From: Nageia nagi
Taxonomy: Eukaryota; Plantae; Pinophyta
NCBI GenBank assembly: GCA_050084985.1
Contig: JBITNC010000001.1
Location: 199,082,001-199,146,000, forward strand
DNA: 64,000 nucleotides
Direction of reading: 5' to 3'
The notes under the pieces were generated by a model. It was not told the DNA's origin. It did no database searches and saw nothing but the letters and a program-made list of their open reading frames with translations. Shown here piece after piece: positions 39,356 to 53,400 of the stretch. Each line of letters starts with the position of its first letter. Positions within the stretch are counted from its first letter, which is position 1. The translations under genes and the position numbers were made by a program.

Positions 39356-39910
39356 TACCATATCTACCATCCTGAAGTTGATTAAGAGAACTTATCTTCT
39401 TGAAGTACCATATCTACCATCCTGAAGTTGATTAAGAGAACTTATCTTCTCCAAGAGGGTAGAAGACCACGAAGGTTTTTCACAATTGCACTATTTTGTT
39501 TGCTATTCATTCCAAGTTGAGTGGTTGAAGTTTGAAAATCCAGAGTGCAGTCTTCCACAATATGGCTTGGTTGTGGCCTCGAGAATTGTGATTTGATGAT
39601 CTTTTCTTTCTCATAGCCTAAAGAATAGAAATTCTTCTTGACATTGTCCTAGAATTCATTTATGATTTATCATCATTGGCTCTCTATTCTTTTCAAGAGC
39701 TTCAACATAACTCTTCCACAATTTTCACTGTATTCAAGTAAGTACATAAACTTCTCCAAGAGGGTAGAAAAGAGCTTGAAGGTTTTTGACAATCACGCTA
39801 TTTTGTTTGCTATTCTTTCCAATTTGTGTAGCTGGAGTTTGAAAAGACAAAGTGCAATCTTCCACTTTGTGTCTTGGTTTTGGCCTCAAGAATTGTCATT
39901 TGATGATGCT
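39356..39910. repeat. Local duplications (~50 bp perfect tandem; ~150 bp diverged)
   Basis: TACCATATCTACCATCCTGAAGTTGATTAAGAGAACTTATCTTCT twice; 39447-39600 resembles 39752-39910. Confidence 0.8.
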
Positions 39911-40614
39911 TAATGAGTAAATGATTCGTAGTAGTACCTTATATTATCATAATAATTTGTCGAAGAAGTAGGAGCACATGCGAACATCTATAAAATAAAA
40001 GGCACTTCAAAACTTGAAGAAAAATAAGTGAGACTGAAAATGAATGGGAAACTTCGTAAAATGCAGTTTGCATTTTATACACTCATCAGTTCAATTGATG
40101 ACCAAAACATTACAATCTCACTTGTATATATAGTATTCTCAAGCCAGTTTATGGGAATGTTGGCTGACGTTTCTTTGGTGTGAATTTAAAAAAAAACTTG
40201 AAAAAATGTCATTATCTTGAGATATGCACAAAAATGGTAGTGATTGTCAAGGTAAACGATAAGAAGTGCCAAAAAATTAAATAAAAGTATGAAATTCATG
40301 AGATGTACCCATAAATATGGCATTGATTATCGGAAATAAAGATATCAAATTATTTGTCAGAACTTCTGCTACGACAAAAAAGTTCTTGAAAGACTTTACA
40401 TTTCTCCAACAAATAATGCCTTGATCAATATGTGAGAGCTTTGGATCTTTGCACCACTTCTCATAAAGGGGTCGAAGAACATTTCTACTAAGTTGAAGAT
40501 CTCGTGCAAACTGGTAGTTGTTCAACTTCATTAGAATTGGAGAAGATTTTGGTAATATTCCAAAATTTAGGCGTTCCATTTTCTCTTGCTATTTAAAATG
40601 GGATACTCCTCTTC

Positions 40615-43600
40615 TATTGGTATGTTTTTCTTTCTTACCTCAGTATATGGCTATGAGAGATAGAATCGAAGAGCATCCAAACACCTTAGCTGAGGAGACG
40701 TTACTATCCCCCACGTGAAAGGACTAATACCCCAAGGTTCTCTTATCTTCAAATGAATAGTCTACTTTTGTAGGAATTTGAAATACTTGAGCTATGGTAT
40801 GAGAAGGACTTGGAATAGGTCTCACCAAATGGTAGAGCTAATGATTGTCACCCAAAAAAAAATTTATTTCTTAAAGAACTTGGAGTTATCTTTGCACTTC
40901 ATTTTGAGGTGTTCCTTAATGTTTGAAAAAAGTGAAAAACAAAGAAAGTGAAAGTGAGGTCAGAGAAGAAAAATTGTGGGGATGACTATGGCACTTGCGT
41001 TTGACTCTTGGCTATACTATCTTCACCAACCATGCAAGGTTTGAATGCCTTTCTCTTTGGTTTATTATGAATTCAACATTCACTAATCCACTCCTACAAC
41101 AAACAACACAAATTGCTTGTAGAAGGGAGATCAAGGCTATGTGCAATGGAGGAATGACGTAGAATGGGATAGATCATATACTTGTGAATGTTGTCTTCAA
41201 ATTCAAATGACATAAAGAGAATGATTCAAAGTACATAAGTTTACATGCAAATTGTGAGTAATGTCTAGCCAAGCAACAACATCAACACTTCATATGATAT
41301 TCAACTTTTTTTTCTTAAAACTCAATGATTTTAAAAGGAACTGTTCACAAGCATCAATATTATCACAAGTAGACACCAAACATTTAGTTCAAACTCACTA
41401 CCCTATTCAATGAAGATAGTAGCAAATTTCAAATTGATTGTGCCAAGTTCTTACAAAGAGAATGTTTTAGATCCGAACAACCAAAATAGCTCCTCTCTTG
41501 CTAAAGTTTATCCTCCTCCCCTCCCCCTTTTACAAATTAGCCCTCTAGGGCTATTTATAACATTCAAAAAACCTAATAGTTGTCCCTAATTCACCTAGAA
41601 TTATGTGAAAATTCAATGAAATTTCTCCAAATTTTCTCAAATTCAACCCTAATTCTATTGAAATTACAACATAATATGAATGAATTGAAATGTCATGAAA
41701 TAAAAAAGTCTTTTTCACATTTGTGGGAGTAAAACCTCATCCATCACAAGGTGATAAATCAACTAAGTCTTAGAAAAATAACAAATCCTCCAACAACAAT
41801 GCATCTTGCCAAAGAATTCAAATGGAGTTGCATGATAGCAACATCTTCTTCAAAGCCATTTCCCATGAATCCTTCAACCTGTATCATGCCCATATCGAGC
41901 ACATCAAGAACATCTTTGCTTTAGGTGACCTTCTTCACAGTCTGGATTGGAACCTGTCTAATTTGATGCTCCCCAACAGATGGTTCCTTCTCATCCTTGA
42001 ATGGTCGCCCTATCTTGAGGATGATAAGACTTTGGATCAAAAACATGCACTTGGAAGCTAGGCGCAAGTCTTGATGAAGTCATAAGTGTTGTATAGGCAA
42101 GGATATGTGTTAGGGAGGAGGGCTGGCACAAAGTTCCAGGGAGTCAAAGATGTTGTCTAGACTTGATCTTGCGCCAAGGAAGGTTAGGCGCAAATCTTGT
42201 GAGGGTCAAGGTGCTTGTCTTGGTTCAAAACTTGTGCCCAGGAGGGGAAATAAGCTTGGCACAAGTCTTTTGGGGGTCGAAAAGTTTGTCTTGTTCAAAA
42301 TCTACACCAAGGAGGGAGAAGCATGCCAGGCACAAGTTTGTGGAGAGTCACAACCCTCGTCTTGGTTTAGATTTGCGCTAGGGAGGAAAAGTGCATCATT
42401 AACTTAGCTAAATTTTGCTTGATGTGATCAATCTTGCTAATGTAAGATCCCAAATACAATATCAAGTGCAAATTAGCCAATTAATTATCAAATACAAGCA
42501 AATATACACCCACATTTGGACTAGAGCATCAAAATGTTGTAAATACAAGCCAAGAATGCCAACGTCCTACTCAACAAGCCAGAATAACACTCCAATACCC
42601 AACATCAAGCACAAAGAGATAATATTGCATCAAACACACATAATGAAGAGACAAGAATGAGATCCAAGTATGCCACGACCTCAATTAATGGTATAATGTG
42701 AAGTACAATATGAACCAAGCCCAATAGGTCTTAATGTTGGCCTCCAAGGACCCAACTAAGGCATACAAATATGCAAATGTGATCATTGCCGGGACAATGG
42801 ATGGGACAACTACACTCCCTCAAGATTTGAATCCTCTCCAGCGAAGGAGCTCTCTCCAAACCCTGGAAACCAATTGAATGGTAGGACTTCAACCTTGGAA
42901 TACCACCGAATGGACTAAGATGCTACACCTTAGCCATAGCTTAGCAAGATCCCTTAGCTTGCTAATCCTCCTAGATGTTGCACCTAGGGGAAGATTGCTT
43001 GACACTGTGCCAAGACTTGTGTCCACTGGACGATAGGAGAAATAATATCAAATCAGGTATATCCATGCAATGATGCTCCAACGCCTAATATAGCTCAAGC
43101 TTGGATCTAGAACATCACCTCGGAATCATCCATGCCCCCTTTATCCAACGTTAGCCTCCTAGGGGCCCTCAAATACCTCAAACATGTCATAAATGCTCAT
43201 GTGTGGGGTGTAGAGCCTCCCTAAGGTGTGACCTGGGCCTCCAAGGGTGATGGGATGCCTTCAAGTCCAACGTTGGGGTCTTAGAAGTCCCCCCATCTCA
43301 TGTGTTGGGTTTCTAGGAGTCATACATGTGCCTAGATCCTATTTTCATGTCCATACAAGGCCTTGGGATTCCCATAATCAATTCTTGAGATCTCCAAGTG
43401 CATAGGACATTAAATCATGCTAGCCTACGCTTGGGAGGAAGACATCCCACTTGGGGCTCACAGTGGGGTCTAACGGACCTTTATTATTTTTATCCCAAGT
43501 ACTAACAACTAATAAATAAATAAATAAATATTTACAAGTGGGAATCCGTGGGATTCCATAATTAATTGTCTTTTACAAATGAGGATGTTACAGCTCAAGA

Positions 43601-43785
43601 CCAAGGGGCAAGTGTCTTTGTTGTCCTCTACTTGTCTTCTGGAGACCCTGTGCCAATGAGAAAGATTGGAGGAGGCTAGAGCAGATTTGGGAAGAGCCAC
43701 CATCTTGTCTAGGTCCAAATTTGCACCTGGAAGAGGAGACTGGCTTGGCACAAATTTGGAGAGAGTCAAGAACCTTGTCTCCTTT
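40615..43785 (-). mobile_element. Diverged family-B-related LTR fragment
   Basis: TATTGG start and ACGTTACT...AAGGACTAATACCCCAAGGTT shared with 50419-50545; other end uncertain. Confidence 0.55.
42441..43592 (-). mobile_element. Solo LTR, family A (1152 bp)
   Basis: TGTAAGATCC...GGATGTTACA; TSD GCTAA/GCTCA. Confidence 0.88.
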
Positions 43786-46700
43786 GTAATGTTCAGAATT
43801 ATAAGCATTAGGAATTACGACAAATTATATCAAGAAAATGCAATAACAAGCCAATTATGGATGCCAAGAAATCAGATTTGATATTATTGATGCAACCAAG
43901 ATATGAATACAAGCTCAATATGCATTCAAGATGGCCCTTAGGATTTGATGAATCACAACAAATCACGATATCTCATTACAAATGGCCCAAGAGGGCCAAC
44001 ATTTGGGTAGAAGGCTGGATTTGAAGCTCCTACGAACTCCACACTTCTCTTGAAGGCTGACATCACTATATTGGGGCTATAATCTCCTGGATTTGAGCAC
44101 TAAAGGTCTTCACACAAGATGATAGGAACTTAATGAGGCTCCAAGTATGGTAGGAGCTTGATGAGGCTCCACCATAAGCACGAAAGCTTGATGAGGCTTC
44201 CGATCCAGAGAACAAGAGTGGCAAGCAACTAAAATATCAAGAAGAATGATTGAATGTTCAAATATGTCCTCCATCCATGCATCCATGTAAAATACCAATT
44301 TACCCTCAAAATAGATATTAGCCACATAAATATCAAATTATATTAAAATTCACATCCAGGCATGCCACAAATTGTTTTAAGGGCATCAAACATGAATAAA
44401 AAGGAGCCAAAAAATCCAACGATGCACCTCTCTAGCCAAATACCACTTCTACAAGCCAATGTCACATGTAGGAACACATATATCAAGCAAAATACATCAT
44501 TAATGATCCAAGAATTATGACGTCACACCAAGAGAAGGGAAATAGCATCAAACACATCAAATTATGAGACAATAATTGGAGATCCAATGTGCCACGACTC
44601 AATTATTGTCAAAATGATGAATACAATACAAACTAGGCACAAAAGGCTCAATGTTGGCCTCCAAGGAGCCAACTAGGGCACATTGATGTGCAAAGATGAA
44701 TACTGCTGCAAATACATTGTAGAACAACCACTCTACTAGATCTGTGGATGCCACACTGAAGGGCTTCCTCACAGGCTAGCTCCTGAAGAAGAGATCAAAT
44801 GTAGTTCCGAAATACCACATGATGGATTCCAAGGTGCAGACCGCTATGGATGCCCCAGGGTAGGGCGACCTCATGAACATTCACCTCACCTGCTTGTTAG
44901 AAGGTGTTCCAAGCCTCATGGACTATGCTTGGTATACATGCCCAAGGGTGCTTGACGCTGTCAAGACTTGAGAAGCTTTGAAGAGTAAAGGGATTTAATT
45001 ATCAAAATCAGTATATCCTTGCAATGAAGTTTAGTGACTTCCCCCTTGTCTAGTTGTAATAAATTGTGGGGTCCAATAGGTTCCTCTTGTAATATATTTT
45101 ATTATAGCATCGTACTTTCATATTTGTAACTTGGGATAGAAGACTTAATGGGTCAATGAACCCCATTGTGAGCCCCAAGTGGGACGTCTCCCTCCCAAGT
45201 CTAGATTAAGTGTTATTATTGGACTTGGAGATCCTAATCCTGATTGTGGGAATCCCATGGTCTGTTATTACACTAGGATGGTTGGATGGACACTCATAGG
45301 CATGCACCAGCCTTGGGGAGGCTCCCATACCCCCACGTTGGCCCAACATGACACCTAGACCCCATGTTTGCCCCCTTGACCGACGTGGGCATGCATGGCA
45401 CCCCTAAACTTCTACGTTGGCACTTAATGCATCCTAGGACCCACATCGACATGTTTAACCTTTAAGCACCCACATCGAGGCATTCTGGGTCCCCATGAGG
45501 CCAACGTTCGATTAGATAAGCCAGGTGATGACTCCTAGATGAGATCCGGATAGAGCAAGTGTATAAAGAGACATTCGAGCCTCATTGTTGGATATACTTG
45601 TTTATTATTATACTTCATATCGTCCAGAGGATAAGAAGACTAAGCGGCGGTAAGCACATCCTTTAGGTGCAGCATCTAGGAGGGCTTTCAAGTTGAGGGA
45701 TTTTGATTGTCTACGACATTAGTGCAACACCCTTTTTCATCTGGTGGTATTCTGAGGTATTACTTCTACCTTCAGTGGTTAGCCAGGGTTTGAGGAGGGC
45801 TTCTTCGGTGGAGAGGATTCAGATTCTGAGGGAGCATATTGTCCCATGGTTCCAATCACATTCCAGCAGCGAGAGACATTTGGTTATGCCCTAGTTGGCA
45901 CCTTGGAAGCCAATGTCAGCCCTCTTGGGCTTGGTATTTTATTGTTGAGCATTTCATATCTTATATATGGTCATTGGGCACTGGATCTCACATTGTGTTG
46001 TTCTTGTATCCATTATTGCAACGTTGTGGTGTGTTTATTTATTCATGCATGTATGAGCCAAACGTTGGCATTTTGAGGATTTGTATTGTGATATCTGCTT
46101 GTATTGGCCATATGTTGGCATCTGAGAGTTGTGAATGTGTAATATTGATACCTTAGCTTAGATGTTGGCATGTTTGCATTGTATTGACTTGAAGTGGATG
46201 CCTTAACCCTAACATTGCCATATCGAGGGTTTGTGTGCTTTTGTTTGATGCCCTAGGCCTGATGTCAGGGTATATTGGTTGAAATTTGCTAACTTGCACT
46301 TGAGGGTTTGTTTGGATCCTTACAATGGTATCAGAGTTGAAGATCTTACCACTTGAGGAAATGGAAGCCAGATCTATAGCCAAAGTGACGAAGTTTGAAT
46401 ATGGTTAGGTAGTCTTCCGCCAACTTCTTCAGAAGTTTGAGGATAGCAAGGTCCCTTCGGAAGAAAGGGAAAGGCTCGTGTTGTTTTTGGGAGAGAGACA
46501 TGCAAAGAAGAGCAAGAAGAAGGGGCAGACGTGGGAACCCAGATCTATGCCTCCACATAAGATGCCACCAAAGATTGAAATCTTGCTCTAGATCTACCAA
46601 GGAACCACCAATGAATTCTAGAGAGACATTACCTTTTAGCTGTACCGGGATCTTCTGGGTTACGGAGTTGTGGCATGGCAGAAATCCAACATTGGAGGGG

Positions 46701-47196
46701 TAGAGCCAACTAGGATCCCAAAGAGAGAAAGGAAGTTGACACTTCGATCAAGTGATACCAGTAGCATATTAGAGGTCATCACTCAGGTGATATCGGCCAA
46801 GAGGATGAACACCATTGTCCGGAAGGGGGAGGTTGAATGGGGCTATGTCTTCACTATGGCCAAGGGAGGCCCCACGTTGCACATTGGGGAGGCCAAGGAG
46901 CAGCCATCCGAGATCCAACACATTCTAGATCGGTATCTGGACATTTTTGGTGACATGCGCAAGGGTTTGTCGCCATCCAGAGGGTTTGAGCACATGGTAG
47001 AGTTGGACCTGGGAGCCAAGCCGGTTATGGTCACCCCTTACAAGAATCCGAAGGTGTATAAGGATGAAATAGAAAAGGCAATCAAGGAGCTGTTAGACAT
47101 GGGATTCATTTGGCCCAGTTCCTATCCTTTTGTTTCTTCGGTGGTGTTAGTCAAGAAGAAGGATGGGACTATGAGGATGTGCATTGACTACCAATT

Positions 47197-48588
47197 TGTG
47201 ATGATCCAAATTTAATTTCAAACACAAACTAGCAAACTTGAACTATCAAACCCTGATGTCAGGTCTTGGGCATCGACAATACACAATCAAACCCTCATGC
47301 ATGCAACGTTAGGGTTAGGACATTCATATTCAACATTCAGATACCCAAAATGCCAACGTCTAGCATATACATGAGAATAGCAATATACAATGCATCATAA
47401 GGGCAACGTCTGGAAATTATAAGCATATAACAATGAACATCACATCACAATGCCAACGTCTAGAAATTATAAGCATATAACAATGAACATCACATCACAA
47501 TGCCAACGTCTAGCTCATACATGTACATTGAAGCATTATCAACCCAACGCATGCACATGTATGGAATACACAATACACAATACACAATACACAATACACA
47601 ATGAGGTCCAAGTGCTCTCTGGCTATACAAATGATATTCAATGATAGCAAATACAATACCAATGCCCAATGGGCAGTTGTTGGCCTCAAGGGAGCCAACT
47701 AGGGCACAATGCTTTGAAACCCTCAATACTCAACAATTGCTGAACCACGAGATAGACTTACTCTCACATACCGAATCCTCTCCATTGAAGGAGGCCTCCT
47801 CGAAACCTGGTGAACCATCAAAGGTAGAAGTAAATCGTCGGATGCCACCAGATGGGCAAGGTGCTCCACCTATGCCGTAGATAATCAGGATCCCAGTGCC
47901 TAACTACCCTCTAGACGCTCTGTATAGGAATGGATTGCTTAGCGACTCTAAGACTTGTGCCTAAAGGTCTGTAGTAAGTGTAATAATAATCAATAGCTGT
48001 CCAATATTGAAGCTCCAATGTCTATTTATACATTGCTTGTGTTTGGAGCTCACCTAGGAGTCATCCCAGGCCCATCTAATCCAACATTGGGTATTTGGGG
48101 GGACCCAATCACTTAAAGTGCCAACGTGGGGGTCATAATCATCTAATATGTCAACGTCGGGGTCTTGACCACATAAATTGCCAACGTGGGGTCCCTAGCA
48201 CTTAAGTGCCAACGTGGGGGTCATAATCATCTAATATGTCAACGTGGGGGTCTTGACCACATAAATTGCCAACGTGGGGTCCCTAGCACTTAAGTGCCAA
48301 TGTGGGGGTATGGGGTCCTCCCCAGTGTGGCGTTAGCATGCTGGTAGCCGTCCAACTCACAAATACATAAACATACCTTGGGATTCCCACAATCCGGGAT
48401 TGCCCATGCAACACATGCCTAATCTATTGCTCAGGAGGGAGACATCCCACTTGGAGCTCACAGTGGGGTCCATATGACCCATTAAACTCCTATCCTTAGT
48501 TACAACAATGCAACTACAAATACATCAAATAGATATAAGTACAAGGTGACCATATTGGTCCCACTAAAAGTACAAAGGGGACGTCACA
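47197..48588 (-). mobile_element. Solo LTR, family A, inserted in RT
   Basis: TGTGA...TCACA; TSD CAATT/TGATT (ancestral CGATT); removal restores IDYRLLNTKT. Confidence 0.9.
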
Positions 48589-48631
48589 TGATTGCTCAAC
48601 ACAAAGACCATCAAAAACAGGTATCCTATCC

Positions 48632-50034
48632 TGTGACGATCTAAAATCACCCTCAGCAAAAACAAACCAAGCTAGGGCTTCTATAACCCTCAAGCACCCA
48701 ATGATTGCCCTCTAGGGCATATAAACACCTCAATGCACCAACGTGGGCCTCCTAGGTCTTCCTGACTACACACCACACCAAACAATGATCCCACAAAGTT
48801 GATGTCAGCCCCTAGGGCTTTTCCAGCACTAAGCTAACCACACGAATGCAACACAACAACAATGGACGACAAAGCAATACCCACGATGGGGCCACACCAC
48901 AATATGGAGCCAGAACAAGCTTCCAACACCAGTATATCACAACACATGCATACAAAGGGAACAACACAATGATGAGAGACAAGCTGTATAATATCATGGA
49001 ATAACAATGGAGTACAATAAGGATCTTAACATTCAAATCTAGGGTTCCAAACCCTTGTACAAGCTAAACACCACGGGAAAGACTAACTCCCTCAGATTCC
49101 GAATCTCTCTTGCGAAGGAGCCTCCTCAAACCTTGGCGACCACTGAAGGTAGAAGCTCACCCTTGGAATACCACCGGATGGACTAGGTGACCCACCTAAG
49201 TCGTAGAATGCCAGGCTTCCTGTCACTCCTCTAGATGCTATCTAGGAATAATGCCCAACACCACCAAGACTTGTATGCCCGATCGGGTTCAGTATAGAAC
49301 AAGTATAATCAATAGCTAACCTCATCATGGAGCTCCATCCTCAATATATAGTCTCTCCTAGATCTCACCTAGGAATCATGCGCATGCCTCTCTATTCCAA
49401 TGTTGCCTAGGGATACCCGTAATCACAATATCCAATGGCTAGATATGCAATGGGTTGGAATCATGCATCACAGCTTAGACAAATGGTCCCATTAATATTG
49501 CTACATGCATTGAATACACATCACAACATACTCACATCCCAAGGAGTGGGACATCACATTTCAAAGGGTCAATATAGAGTTGTTCATAGATTTCCGTGGG
49601 CGGCCACGAAGTGCAAGATTGGTTCGGCTGGCGAACTTCAAGAGCCCATAACTCGTTTGTCCCTTGATGAAACCATGTCGTGTGACCTATCAAAACGTTG
49701 CCCATGAGATGCCCTATCCAAAGAACCAATCATATCAACTCTCCAAGACTTGTGGTGAACTCTATCTTTTGAAAGGGGATGATACAGGGATTCCCACAAT
49801 CTGGGATTACCCATACACACAACACTACATTGGGATTCCCACAATCTAGGATTACCCATACACATAACACAACATCACTACTCAAGGGGAGACGTCCCAT
49901 TTCTGGGCTCACAATGGGGTCCATAGACCGTAAGCTCTTGCTTGAGTTATACAAGTACAACATGACCATAAACAAACATTAGATTACAAAGTGACCATCA
50001 CACATTTTCTCAATGGTCCAAATGGAACGTCACA
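48632..50034 (-). mobile_element. Solo LTR, family A relative, inserted in RT
   Basis: TGTGACG...CGTCACA; perfect TSD TATCC; removal restores RYPIPRVDD. Confidence 0.93.
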
Positions 50035-50418
50035 TATCCCTAGGGTGGATGATCTCATTGATGAGTTGCATGGGCCAAGTACTTAAAAATAGACTTGAGA
50101 TCTGGATACCATCAGATCAGAATGAAGGAGGAGGATGTCCACAAGACAATCTTTAGGTGCCACTATGGTCATTTCAAATTTTTGTTGATGTCGTTTGGAT
50201 TGACAAACACCCCAGCCACTTTCCAGTCAGCAATGAATCATGTCTTTAAAGAGTAGTTATGGAGGTTCGTATTGGTCTTCTTTGATGACATCTTGGTCTA
50301 CAACAAAACATGGGAAGAGCACCTTTGCCACCTGGACCACGTTTTGAGGTATTACAGGAACAAAAGTTTTACGCCAAACTGTCCAAGTGTGAGATTGGCA
50401 TGGTAGAGATCTTGTATC

Positions 50419-53400
50419 TATTAGGAAGGAAACCTTTCCTCTTACTCGGTGATTGCCCAGACGATCAAGACGGGAAAGCAACCCAACATGTAGGTGAGAA
50501 CACGTTACTGAACTCCTCTTGTAAGGACTAATACCCCAAGGTTTCTATCGAAAAGCTCGTGTTGTTAATACGAGCTTTAAATTGTGTAGGTCTTGTTTGG
50601 GAATCAGCTGAGTGGTGTAGCAGAGGTAATAACTGTTACATATTTTTTGTAGGCACTGAGGTGTTTTATCTTGCAATAGTTCGAAAGTTACTATAAGTTT
50701 AAAGAAATTGTAAAATAAAGAAAAGAAAAGTGAACGAGAATGTTTCGATACTGGTGAGATGACAAAGAAAAGGTCACAGTGAAGCAATGTCTAAGGTTTC
50801 TCACTTCTGGATCATTCAAGAAGTCTCATTGGAAGTCCTCCAACTTAAAAATAGAATAACCTAAGTTCAATCTATTCTTAAGGGGAGCGGGGAGGAGAGT
50901 TGACTGTCGGTACTTTGCAAGTAGGACCAATGCAATGAAAAGAAAGACATGACACAAGTGTGCACAAACTTGGTTTCGAATGAGGAAATCTAATTTGATG
51001 TCATAGAAAAAAGAAAAGCTTAGAATATGTTCACTTACTATGTAAATTATGGATAGGCAACGATTTGGGAATGATTCAAAAACTTTTAAAAATTTTCAAA
51101 TTTTTTTCTTAAAATTTGAAAATTTTCAAGGAAAAGTGTGAAAGATTTTCAATCACCTCAAAAAGCTCCAAAATGGTCAAATCCACAATCTCACAAATGA
51201 CAAATCTTTTTGTTTCAAGTATTCCACCACTTTGTATTAAATTTGTGCAAAAATTACATGGATACATCAATTTGCCAATTTTCCACAAATTTTCACTAAA
51301 AACATTTTGCCTCAAAAGTGACCCCTATGGTCGACTATTTAGAGACTTTTTAGATCAAATTTGAAGGTGTTTTCCTAATTCTTAAAAAAGCTTTAAAATG
51401 CTAATTTGAATGCTAAATTGAGATTACAATATTGTTTTAGTGGGAGAACAGTCTCATGCCACTAAAATATGCTAAAAATAAAATATTTACAAAAATTGAT
51501 GCCCTCTGGCACACATTTCAAGGCATTTTGCATCAATTTGGCAAAAATTGGAGCTTCAAATTCTTGTTCTGGATCCTTCTGATAGTCATTTGAGCTCCTT
51601 CCTTCTTTGAATCTAGATTTGCCCTTGATGTGATCATTGTGGCAATTTTTCAAGGGATTCTAAGAGGATTTTTCAAAAAAGTGGATTTTTTGGTCTATTT
51701 TTTGAAAAAGATGGGGGGGTTCGAAATTTGGAAAAATTTTAAAAAGTGGATTTGAGCTTATGGATGGATGGAGTATGGGATTATAAGGTATTCGACAAGT
51801 TTTGAGAGGTTTTGGAGCTTTTTAGGAGATTTTATAGAAGGATTTGAGATTTTGGCAAATTTTTCCATTTTCATGTCTATGGATTTCGTTTGGTAGAAAA
51901 AAGTGAAATTTCCATAGGAATGAAAAATGCCTCGTAGATTTTTGAGCCCTTTAACTTGCTCAAATCCAAAAATTTCAAAGTTTAAAGGTGCTTAGAATGT
52001 CATCTTCCATTCAATGAAGGCAAAATTTTTGAATTTTGAGCCAAATTTATCAATCCTTCTCAAGTTAGGTGCTAGTTTTCACCTCATTGGAATTACATAC
52101 ACTTGAAAAACTGTGCCTAGCTTTTTGGTGCCTTTAAGTTGCTCAAAATTGAAAATTTGAAGTATTAAGTGTGCTCAAAATGCCATTTTCCTTTCAAAGA
52201 AGTTCTTAAACATGAAGTGTGATCAAAATTTGTCAAATTTCCCCAACTTAGGCGCTAGTTTTCAACCCTATGGATCTTCAATGACATGAAAACCTACTCC
52301 TAGATATTTGAGCCCCCAAACTTGCTCAAAAATGAAAATTTGAAAGTTTAAATGTGCTTAGAATGGGGTCTTTTATCCATTTATGCTTTCAAATTTGGTT
52401 TTTGATCAAAAATCTAATTTCCTCCTTGACTTAGGCACCAAAATTCATGCCATTGGATTTCCATAGCCATGAAAACATGCGCCTACCCTTTTGGTGCATT
52501 TTCCTTGCTCAAAAGTGAAATTTTGTAGACCTGAACCTTCTTGAAATGCCCTTTTCCTTGTTCCCAAGCCCTCAAACTTGCTTTTTGGACCAAATTTATC
52601 TTTTCTCCTCATGCTAGGTGCCATTTTTCAGCCCTATGGATTTCAAAAAAATATGGAAAACTGTGCCTAGCCTTTAGGTACCCAAAACTTGCTCAAATTT
52701 GTGTTTTCCAAGATCTAAATGTGCTCAAAATCACATTTTCCATGCATTTTACCCCTCAAACTTGTGTTTTGACCAAAATTTATCAATTTTTTCATTCTAG
52801 GCGCCATTTTTCACTCCATTGGAATTCCATAGCCTTGAAAACATGCACCTAGCCTTTATGATGCTCAAAAGTGTTCAAAAGTGAAAATTTTGAGTATTAA
52901 ATGTGCTTAGAATGGTGTTTTCCTTGTTCCCAAGCATCTAAACTTGAATTTTGGTCAAAAAAATACTTCATCTTGTCAATCTAGGTGCCATTTTCATGCC
53001 AATGAATTCGGAAAAATTAGGAAACTTGCGCCTAGCTTTCTGGGGGTCTAAACTTGCTCAAAAATGGAAATTTTGAGACCTAAAGTTCCTTAGAACCATC
53101 ATTTCCATCCATCTATGCATTTACATTTGACTTTTGATGCATTTCCACTTTATCTCTACAATCTAGGTGCCAAAATTCATCTCTATGGATTTCCCATAGG
53201 CTTGAAAAATTGCGCCTAGGATTTGAGTGCCTTAGACTTGGTCAAAATCGAAAATTTCAAGTCCTAATTGTGATAGAATTCACCTTGTCTCTCCAATAAT
53301 GCTCTTAGACTTGAATTTCGACACCATTTGCATTTATCTTTTAAAAACATGCATCATTTTTCCCTCATTTGGGTCTTCAATACCTTGGAAAAACATGCCT

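Noticed and set aside
40277-40579. 100-aa minus-strand ORF, possibly a DNA-transposon fragment
   Set aside because: No motif that I can assign
47400-48305. Short tandem duplications, (CACAATA)n and CCAACGTGGGG repeats
   Set aside because: Internal sub-repeats of the family A LTR, already covered by that feature
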